Below, piece by piece: positions 52,964-64,000 of a DNA stretch of 64,000 bases. A program made the translations under genes and the position numbers. This DNA is from the human T2T-CHM13v2.0 reference genome, Homo sapiens. The notes beneath the pieces were generated by a model, which saw only the letters and a program-made list of their open reading frames with translations, was not told the DNA's origin and made no database searches. Position 1 is the stretch's first letter, and the number at the start of each line of letters is the position of its first letter. The stretch lies in assembly GCF_009914755.1 (NCBI RefSeq), contig NC_060929.1, one strand, 5' to 3'.

Positions 52964-54354
52964 GATTTCAGGATTGGGTGGTACAGCTGTACCAAATATA
53001 CATCTAGGTAACTGGGTGCTGCTGTAATAAATACCCAAATTTATGGAAGTGGCTTTGGCACTGGATAATGGGTACAGGCTGGAAGAGTTTTCAGATGCAT
53101 GTTTGAACAAGCTTATATTGCCATGAGGAGATTATTGGTAGAAATATTAGTCTTTCTGGTGAAGTCTCCAGTGGAAATGAGAAACGTTACTGAATGCTAG
53201 AAGAAAGGTGATTCTTGTTATAAACTGGCCAAAAATTTGGCTGAACTATGCTCTACTGTTTTGTGGAAAGTAGTATTTATAAAGAGTGCACTTGGATATT
53301 TTGCTGAGGAGATTACTCAGCAAAGTTTTGAAGATGCAGCCTTGTTTCTCTTCCTGTTTATGGTAAAATGTGACAGGAGAGATATAACAATTGAAGAAAG
53401 AATTAAGTAAAATGGAGCCAGAAATTGAAGATTTGGAAAATTCTCACCTTCTCCCTTATTGCAAAAAATAAGAATGTATGTTCTGGAGAGAACAACAAGC
53501 TTGTGTTCATTTGAGAAAGAGATTATGGTATGACTCTTGGATTCAATCATTTGATAAAAGGGATTACAGGTATGACTCCTGGATCTAATCGACCATCTTA
53601 GCAGAAGCCAGGAATGGAGGTGAAGTTACACAAGCAGAAACAATGTTAGCTTGGACTAAATTGGACAGATACAAGTAAAATGAAGGCACGCTGTTGACAT
53701 CTAGGATTCTACAGGATGGGACAACAGAGCTATCTGTATGTGAATGTGCATTATCCTTTGTGAAGAGGGAAGAATGACCCTGAAGGTGAATCAGGACTGC
53801 CACTGCCACCACTGACCTAGAAGCCACAAGTCCATGAGGCAAGGCTGTCTTCTCATTGGTTTCAGAGATCAGGGCTACCACTTCTGTTTCAGTGAGCCAA
53901 AGTACTGCCCAAGACCAATGGGGGTGACACTACTGTACCCTGGTGGGCATAGAGGATAGAACATAGAGGCACAGAGGCAAAGATAATTATTCTTGAGCAT
54001 TAAAATATGTTGGAATTTGCCCTGCCGGGTGTTGGACTTCCTGAGGACCTATGGCCTCTGTTTTTTTTCCTACTTCTCCTATTTGAAATGGATACATCTA
54101 TCCTATGCCAGTTCCACCATTGTATTTTTGAAGTGAATAACTTGTCTGATTCACAGGTTCACAGCTGGAGAAGAATTTAGCCTCAGGGTAAATCATACTG
54201 CAAGTCTTATCCACACTTGAGTTAATGTATAAATAGACGAAATTTGAGTCTTAGAATTGATGCTTGAATTAGGTAAGACTTTTGGGCTGTTGGGATGGAG
54301 GTAAAAATATTTTGCATGAGAAAAAGACATGAATTTTGGAGGTGCTGACAGCAG
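52964..54354 (+). mobile_element. MaLR internal region (MLT1-int)
   Basis: gggtgctgctgtaataaatacc..tggaagtggctttggcactggataatggg..ggctggaagagtttt; ends gactttt gggctgttgggatgg..gacatgaattttggagg (PPT region); ~1.4 kb, typical MaLR length. Confidence 0.85.
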
Positions 54355-54710
54355 TGTTGTGGGCTGAATTGTGTCCTCTCAAATCATATGTCAAAATCAT
54401 AACCCCCAATATCTCAGATGTAACTGTTTTCGAAATAGGTCCTTTAAAGAAGTCATGACATAAAATGTTAGTGTGGACCCCAATCCAATCTGACTGAGGC
54501 CCTGAATAAGAAAATACAATTTGGATATATAAAGAGACACCAGGGATGCACAGCCCCCCTCCCGCCGCCCCCCCCCCCAAAACTGAAAACAAAACAAAAC
54601 CAAAAACATGTAGGACCCAATGAGGAAGCAGCTATCTGCAAGTCAAGGAAAAAGGCATTAGAAGAAACCATATCTCCCAACTGAACTTGGTCTTCTAACA
54701 AACTAATATG
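54355..54710 (+). mobile_element. MLT1B-like MaLR LTR with 3' internal deletion
   Basis: tgttgtgggctgaattgtgtcc..aatccaatctgactg..gagacaccagggatgc..atctgcaagtcaagg..caaactaatatg. Confidence 0.82.
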
Positions 54711-57700
54711 TTAATCATAACATGGCCAGAATAGTCAACATACACTTCGAAATTTTCTACTTTTTTTTTTTTAAGTTTCAGGACTCACTTCATGGAAGCA
54801 GTCAATGAGAGAAAGATTTCAATTTAATTATGGACTTGATTATATTAAAATTCTTCCCACCAAGGTTTATAAACATGAATATATGCTTTAATCAGACAGT
54901 TCTACATGTCAATACTTTCAGAGCTCAATGTAAGAAAAGATCAGTTTACACAACTGACTGAAAAATTAAATTAAGTCATAGCCTTCAGTAGTAGCATTCA
55001 TTTCAGAAGATAACATATTACTGTAGAAGACTTGGTGTATTTGCAGTATACTTCTAATCTTTAAAATGAACATCACTGAGGACAATTATTCTCTTCAATA
55101 AAATATCACTTGATGAATGTTCAAAGAAGCTAATGAAGAATGCATTAACCATTAACCTACACAGCAGAGGATTTCTGAAGTTCTTTAGTATAAGGTTTTC
55201 ATTAAAGGAAAATGGATCCTTTTCTTTCAGCCTATGAGTCAGATAACTGACAAAGCTCTCTATGTAATTCTTCTAGTGAATACCCAGTAAAAAAGAGAGA
55301 AATCTGGACTTGAGAGTGCGTTTAAGCAGTTGTGATTAAGGAGAAAATGGAAGCATAGGCTCTACTGACTGTGGAAGCCCAGGAAAGAAAAGGTCATAGA
55401 AATGACAGTAAAAATAGAATTATTTTCAGCCAGAGGAAACAGATGATCAAGAAGAACATATGATCAGCAGTATCCAGTGCTATAAACTGCCTTGAAGAAT
55501 AAGTGGGAGAGAAATCCACTTGATGTTACAATTAATAGGAAACAATTAAACTTCAAGAAAACAGAAATTCTGTTCCTTGCCTGTGATTTATTTTTATAAG
55601 TAAAGGGAACATAGAATTTTATTGAACATAGACTCTTTACTCTAATTTGCCACAGTAGAAAGCAAAACAAATTAATAAATGGAGATTTTTAGAAAAATAT
55701 TTTGTGTTTTCTACATTTCTTAGAACATGAGTTGTATTTTTGAGGCCTAGGGAAAGAGCAGCAAAAAAAAAAAAAAAACCCAATGTTTTATTCTCACTTC
55801 TAAGGATGCAGTAAATCAATAGGCATATAATACTTTATTTTCTACTATTACGCCTTTTTTTCTAGAATTTTCTTCAAAAGCACGTATGCTTTTTAAAATA
55901 CTTCTTTGTTGTTGTTAATAAAACAACATATTCTCATATAAAATGAAAAATGAAGAAAGAAGATGGGCAAAACAAATCAATCATCATAATTTCTAATGGC
56001 CCATTAAGCTTATCCACTTGAAATAATTAGCAGAAATATTCATTAATGTGCACCTCTTGAGTGATTTTTTATCAGGACCCTGATGACTTTGGTAGTCTCC
56101 CAATTTCTACAAATAGTAAAAAGATAAAGCCCTGTTAAATGCCTACACAGAGTAGTATAACCATCAGGAGTTGCAATCTAATAAATATGTATTTTCCCTA
56201 GTGAGAGAATATATTACTAGCCATAATATGTTTTGATATAAAATATATTATAAATTAAATCATGTAATAACATAATTTTTGCTATTATAAAGTTAACATA
56301 TAAATAATTATAAAATGTACCTTAAATTATTTTACCTGTTACCTTGTAGTTAATCAATTTAAAGTCTTTAATAATTTATGAGACTATTTATTTAAAAAAA
56401 CCTCTCATAATTTTCTTATTTAGATTATCAAACACTTGCTTCATAGAATATTTTGTTCCAACTTCTGAAAACACTAATGAATATGCTTGGTCTTATGCAC
56501 ATGAAATAACCGTGTGCTGACAGCATAATAATACTGAAAAAAGGCTTTAAAAATAATATCAATTTTCCATAATACATCATGCATAGTGCATGACAATCAG
56601 GTGCCCTACAAAACAATTTTTGATGTGATCTTTTCTCTTTTCTTTCATACCTTTTTAAAGTTGACGCATTACCAAAACATTTTGTTTTCTTATGAGTTTC
56701 AAAAGAAGAGGATAAAAAAAGTCTTGTGACCTTCTCCACAATTGGCTGAAACTTTCATTCCTTTCATTCAGGTCTCCATTAGTCGAAAAGTGGTTTTAGC
56801 TAGCTGTACTCAAGCATTTCAGTCAATTACCAGCTTTTATCTTGTTGTTATCATAAAAGGCCATTTCTTTCCTAAAATGGTCAATTAAGTTCATGAAAAT
56901 AAATGGTGAGGAATATACAATTTGTTAGTCGTACTGTCAGGAGTACACTGGTCTTGGGGAAAAAACATTTCAGAGGATTTCTTAATGAATAGAAATAGCT
57001 TTCATCAGAGGAGATGTTTGTTCCCATTTCTTTCTTCTCTGGCCACAATTCACAGTTAACAACGCAGTAATTGAGTATTTGAAAGTTCTTAAAATCTCTA
57101 CCTTATACTTAAAGAAGGGTCCCGTGTTTTTGCTTAACTACTCCATGTGTTTCTGTTTGTATAGAGTGCATTTTAGAATCAATTGAGGTAGTAGGTTGTA
57201 CTTGAAATCCATCAGAAAAGGGTTCACTTTTTGTTTGAGAATAATGTAATAGAAGGAACAAGCATTTGGAGTAAATTAATCAAATAGGAGTAGTCTATTT
57301 AGAGAAATGTTAAAGCAATGAACATAAAAGTTGAGAATGTTAGGGGAAAAGTAATGGGCGACAGCCCCTTGATTTGCATAATGATATAACATTATGGATG
57401 TTTCATAAGAATGCAGGCATGAGTAGTGCTGTATTCAGTGGCTTATAATATGACTAATTCCTACTTTTGTTCTTAAAACAAATTGTGTTTACTGTGTGTC
57501 ACACTGTTCTAGGTGTAATGAATATTCTAGTATTAATATATACACAAAACTCTATAAGTTAAATCTAGTTATGTGGTATCTTCCAGTCTAATCAGGGAAA
57601 TGCAGTCCATAAATGTGAAATTTGACGAACATCTTTCTGGATGATGAGTAAGTTCTGAATGAGTAGAAGTAAATTATCAAGGAAATAACTGTACGTTCAT

Positions 57701-57903
57701 GTTTGCTTTCTTTCATTGTTGCAGATGCTTCTTCACAAATATTCTAGCTACAGAAACTGTGAATCAAATATTCTTTCTCCTAATAAAAGTATCCAATGCA
57801 ATGCCAAAGAAAACTTACTGAATGAAGATAATTACTGTGCAAAAATGGTTTTCATTCTTCCCTTTGCATTTGAAAATCGGAAGATCCAAGATTACTCAGC
57901 CAA

Positions 57904-58500
57904 TGTGATGATTCATTTGAGACGTTAGCTTGTCTAGGCCTTAGCACCCAGATATTTGGTCAAACAACAGTCTACATGGTGCTACAGGAAGGTATTTTTG
58001 AGATGAGATTAACATTTAAATCAGTAGACTTTGAGAAAAGCAGATTACCCTCCATAATGTGGATGGGCTTTTTTCTTAGCTGAAGGCCTTAACAGAACAA
58101 AGACTTACCTCCCCTGAGAAAAAAGGGATTTTGCCTTTGACTTAAGTTGCAACATCAACTCTTTCCTGGATCTCCAACCTGCTGACCTGCCCTAAAAACA
58201 TTAGACTTACCAGCTCCATAATTGCGTGAGCCAATTCCTGCCCTGAAAACATTAGACTTACCAGCTCCATAATTGCATGAGCCAATTCCTTAATATCTCT
58301 TTCTCTTTCTCTCCCTTTCTTTCTCTTTCTCTCTCTCTCTCTTGCTCTCCAAATATATATATACACATAAAATACTATATATATGTGTGTATATATATAT
58401 TTTATGTGTATATATATATATACATAATATATATGTGTGTGTATATATATATATGCACATCTATAAATCCTATTGGTTCTCTTTTTCTGGGGATGTGGTG
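57904..58500 (+). mobile_element. MLT2D-like ERVL solo LTR with internal (TC)n/(TA)n and 51-bp duplication
   Basis: tgtgatg..cccagatatttggtcaaac..agtagactttgagaaaagcagattaccctccataatgtgg..tcctattggttctc. Confidence 0.85.
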
Positions 58501-59061
58501 ACACACACACACAAAAATAGATAAAGTTTTTGTCTACTAGGAAGGCTGTATTTGCAATTTACTGGTAGAAAATATACATACAATGAGTACAAATACATAT
58601 TGAATTTTTTGATAACGATATGTATGTATACATGTTCCCAACTTTTGCTATATCTGTAAAAGTGGAGAGTAATTGGGTGATTTAACTCAATGAATTGTTG
58701 CAATTAGTATACATATTTGGAGCCAGGAACATAACAACAATGGAAACTGACTAATTCCTCAAAGGAATTTAAGAATCTGCAATTTTCTTATTTTTATTAT
58801 ATTTTGACTTAGAGTGACTTCATCTTTTGAATTATTCAACTTTGTATCTGACTTCTTAGTTACACACTCATTCCACCAGCTGCCAAATACTTCCCTAAGT
58901 AAAAATGTAAAATTTGGTTTTCCATTTATTTTCCTTGAATATGGAAAATAATCATGGTCACTCCCATTGGTAGTTTGTAGATTCTAGGCAAAATGTTAAA
59001 ATTTCAACTTTTTATCTTTCAACTCAGCAGTGTTGCAAATATTTTATCCTTCAAAGTGATA

Positions 59062-59412
59062 TAGATGTTCCTCGATTTACACTGGAGTTACATCCCAACA
59101 AATCCATCATCAGTTGAAAATACAGTAAGTTGAAGATTCACTTAATACAGCAAATTTGTCAAAGATCACCTGGCCTACCTTTGTATACTCAGAACCCTTA
59201 CATTAGCCTATAGTTGGGCAAAATCATCTAACACAAAGCCTACTTTATAATAAAGTGTTGAATATCTTATGTAATTTGCTAAAAACATTATTGAAAGTGA
59301 AAAACAGAATATTTGTATCAGTACTCCAAATATGGTTTCCATTAAATGTGTATCACTTTTGCACCACAGCAAAGTCAAAAAATCATAACTTGAACCATTG
59401 TAAGGTAGGAAT
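59062..59412 (+). mobile_element. Tigger4b-like (Zombi/MER46) MITE
   Basis: agatgttcctcgatttac..gttacatccc..ttacattagcctatagttgggcaaaatcatctaacacaaagcc. Confidence 0.8.
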
Positions 59413-60733
59413 ATTCAAGCTTCCAAAAGACATGATTGATTAATAATGAACCAAAATAGTTTCATTGATTTAAATCATCTCAGTTATTTAATTAAACTCC
59501 TTGCTTGAAAACTTTTGTCTTTATTTCTCTTTACAAGTTAGTTTCATTCATGTTATAAAATTTTTCCAACTAGGGTATGTGTCTGAGTAAGACAGAGTTA
59601 AAGAGAAAGAGAAAGTGGGTGGAGGTTATAACAGACACAGATGATACAAATGAATTGTCATGATTCTGCACCAAGAATGGTATTTCTTGAAGACTGTGTC
59701 ATCAATTCACCTTTTTATATTTAAGTCCTAAAACACTGCCTCAAATATTATGAATAAATAAATATTTGCTGAATAAATGCATAAACAGAACAACCAACAA
59801 AATAATTGTTGCTACCATAACCCAGACAGAGAGAACTATAAATTCAGAAGTTATTCTGTTTCTATTTAGTATTTAAATAAAAATAAATTTTAGTTACAAG
59901 TATAAGTGTCTTCCCAAATGCTAAAGCATTTGCTCTTCATATATACAGAAAATAAAATATACTGTCTTCAATTATCCTTCTACAATATCCTCCACGTATT
60001 AAAGAGATATCATGGCAGAATGTAGAGACACTATAGATGTGAAAGAAAGTAATGGCACTATAAAGTTGACTAGTCATCCAAAACTGAAAAGCATCAAACC
60101 TCTAAATTTTGGAAATGAACAACACCTTTCTTTTATGTATTATTCTTTTATTTCAAGTAGACTTTTAGTATTGGCTTCAGTTTAGTCTGTAACTATTAAA
60201 AAATTTAAATTAAGTGAGAATAAGTGTAAAAATAAAAGAAACTAATTTTTATAAATTTTGTTAAAACGCTAATGATTTAAATATCTTATAAGAACTAATT
60301 CATGAGTCTTGTTTTTCTATTCAATAAATGGGTAAAAAGAAAACATGTCATGGAAGATGAGCATTTTTAATTTGGTAATTCTTGTCTTTTTTCATATTTT
60401 TGACTCATTTTTCATAATTTTGTTTTATATCTTTGTCTCTTTTTTTGTCTCATTTTTGTTTATTTTGGTGTCCCTTTTTCATATACCCAAAAAAGAGTTT
60501 TAGGACAAATGTCTAACCTAATAATATTTTTTTTTTTACAACATTTTCTTTTTAGTTTGATAATATTATTATGCCTAAAAGGAAAAGACTTTGAATTAGA
60601 TGTTTGTAGTATACAGGTCAAATGATCTTGACAGTACATCGAAAATGCGAAGTTGTATTTAAACATACTTAAATAAAAACCTTTCTTTATGAGAGAAATA
60701 CATGGTATACGTTTATGTAAGGCATAAGGCAAA

Positions 60734-61054
60734 TGTATTAGTCTGATTGGGTAATTTACAAAGGAAAGAGGTTTAATTAACTCACAATTCCACATGGCTG
60801 GGGAGGCCTCACAATCATGGTGACAAATGAGGAACAAAGTCACCTCTTACCTGGTAGCAGGCAAAAGAGCTTGTGCAGGGGATCTCCCATTTATAAAACC
60901 ATCAGAACCTGTGAGACATTCACTATCACAAGAACAGTATGAGGGAAAACACCCACGTGATTCAATTATCTTCACCTGACCCTGCCCTTGACATGTGGGA
61001 ACTATTACAATTAAAGGTGAAATTTGGGTGGAGGCACAAAGCCAGACCATCTCA
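60734..61054 (-). mobile_element. THE1 (B/C-like) MaLR solo LTR with small deletion near its 3' end
   Basis: tgtattagtc...ccagaccatctca; perfect TSD GCAAA at 60729-60733 and 61055-61059. Confidence 0.9.
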
Positions 61055-61275
61055 GCAAATGTTCACTAACTACCTATTCACAAATAACTGTAAACTTAAA
61101 GTGTGAAAAAAAAAGAGCTTTGTTCATTTTACAGACTGAAGCTCTGTCCCTCCTCATTAACTACCTGCTTTTCTCCTGTGAAAAAAGTACTTTTTTTCAA
61201 ATCACACAAGAATAGTCTAAAAGTGAGAAAATAAACTTTTCTTTGGGCATAGTTTCTGTACCATTAACCGTTTAG

Positions 61276-61619
<344 letters not shown>

Positions 61620-62872
61620 TAAACATTACTTGCCTGCATTTTCTTCTGCCCAAAAAAGGATAAAGTAATTTATCTCTTCAATAAAATACAATTTCAGCAT
61701 TTGACAGAATGATTACAGAATGACCATGGCAAATTCAAATAAATGGTTAATATTTTACAATCAGTTAAATATATTTACACAGATTATTACTTCAAATGAA
61801 GAATATTTCTTAAAAGGAATTGTGTTAGAAAAGGTGGAAACATTAAAATATTTTAAGCAAAATATTCTACTGAAATAAATTTTGTTATTGTAACATTATG
61901 TTAAATAAATTTTATTTAAAAAACTGATCAATTTAATTGAAAAACACCATGTTTCATTAAAAGAGATATTTACATAAGCTAATGAATAAGATGGTGAAAT
62001 TTTCTTCTCATCAGGAATTGGATATTTTGATGAATTTCCTAAGTCTACCAATTTTTACAAAATAGAAAAGAAGTCTAGTTGATAAGAGAAGATTCTATTG
62101 CATTTTACAGATGAAAAGCTGCTGTTTTCAAACACGTCACATCATTCATTGGATAAGATAAATATAGTATATACTAAATATATAAGTTGTCATTTCAGTC
62201 TTAAATTCATTAGGAAAACATTCAAGAACGGACTCAATTTTAGCTGATTTCCAAACAATAGTATCAGAAATCACACCTAAAATTTTGTCCCAGAAATTTG
62301 AGGCTACTTGATATCTCACTTTTATTATATACTCTTCTGTGTGATAAAAGACCCAGGAAAAAAGTTTTTAAGCCAATACAGAATAATGTTACTATCCTTT
62401 ATTTTAATATTACTCTTCTATAACTATAATGTTGAACTATGAAAATAACCAGGCAATTGTGAGAAGGAGTTATTGGTATTTAATCAAATAAAACAATTCT
62501 AATGGCTTATGTGCAAACATAAAATATAGGAAAAAGCTATGTGCATCTGGGCAGTCAACTATCTTCTTCAGTCCTGTTCTAACATAATTAGTCTTTCAAA
62601 TAGTCCATCAGTAATCAGAAAATCATCTTTTAAGCTAAAGAAGCTCTAATTATATTAATTTTAAAGAAAAAAAGTTTAGCCTTCAGCATACATGTAGCTG
62701 TCCAGAAATAAGAGCTGGATTTCGTCCATATAAAATATAAATTCTTTCTATTACACCCCTTCATTAAGGGTTGTTTCTCATGTCAAATAAATTTTGAGAA
62801 AAAATAATTTAACTGGTGAATACAATTATCTTCTCCCCATCTAACATCTAACCTCTCAAAATATTTTAATAG

Positions 62873-63343
<471 letters not shown>

Positions 63344-63394
63344 TAATAGATTACCTCTTACATGCATACTATTTATCTATAAATTTTAACTTTA

Positions 63395-63675
63395 GGACCC
63401 AGCACGGTGGCTCACGTCTGTAATGCCAGTACATTGGGAGGCCAAGGTGGGGCGGGGGGTGGTGGCGGATCACTGGAGGTCAGGAGTTCGAAACCAGCCT
63501 GGCCAACATGGTGAATCCCCTTCTGTACTAAAAATACAAAAATTAGCTGGGCATGGTGGTGTGTGCTTATAATCCTAGCTACTAGGGAGGCTTGAGCCCG
63601 GCAGGCGGAGATTGCAGTGAGTGGAGATCGCACCATTGTACTCCAGCCTGAGTGACAAGAGCAAGACTCAGTCTC

Positions 63676-63702
<27 letters not shown>
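63395..63702 (+). mobile_element. AluS (Sx/Sz-like) with G-rich insertion and small right-arm deletion
   Basis: Dimeric Alu, long pure A tail, degenerate TTTAA(C/T)TTTAG flanks. Confidence 0.93.
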
Positions 63703-63708
<6 letters not shown>

Positions 63709-64000
63709 ATTTTAGACTCAATATGGGAACCCTCAAACAGCTAAAATTGAAATATATAAATAAAACATACAAATGCCATATGTAATCACAATGAAAGGTA
63801 GAGCTAGATAAACTGACAAATTTTAATTCAGGTACCATAAACTATGACAAATCAAAGAAAAAATAGATCTTTGCATATGAGATGAATACATCAGGAACGT
63901 ACACAAAGTTGAATTCTAAGATAATTTTTTAAAATCGAGCCATACTTAATATATAAAGAAATAAAGACTGTTTACTAAAACTGGGGGATATGATACTTTT

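Overview
AT-rich, CpG-depleted primate (very likely human, given AluYa5-diagnostic sequence) intergenic or intronic DNA. I find no intact protein-coding or RNA gene; ORFs in the track are chance ORFs or pieces of decayed transposon genes. The window contains a full-length dead L1MA2-type LINE (~8.3-15.8 kb) and a full-length RAB9A processed pseudogene inserted inside an MSTA LTR (17.4-18.8 kb). It also holds a doubly deleted HERV-L provirus inside an AluJ inside an old L1 (30-34 kb), a second MLT2A LTR inside another AluJ (36 kb), a truncated Tigger2, and many solo LTRs, Alus, MIR/L2 relics and microsatellites. The most unusual structures are: (i) a provirus-like unit with two non-matching LTRs (MLT2D 5' LTR + MaLR internal + MLT1B 3' LTR, 52.5-54.7 kb), which may record ERV-L/MaLR co-packaging; (ii) the RAB9A retrocopy sitting in sense just behind the LTR TATA-like box; (iii) a young AluYa5 arm inserted into an older AluY. 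I cannot support a novel gene system. Family and subfamily names come from recalled consensus sequences, not database searches.
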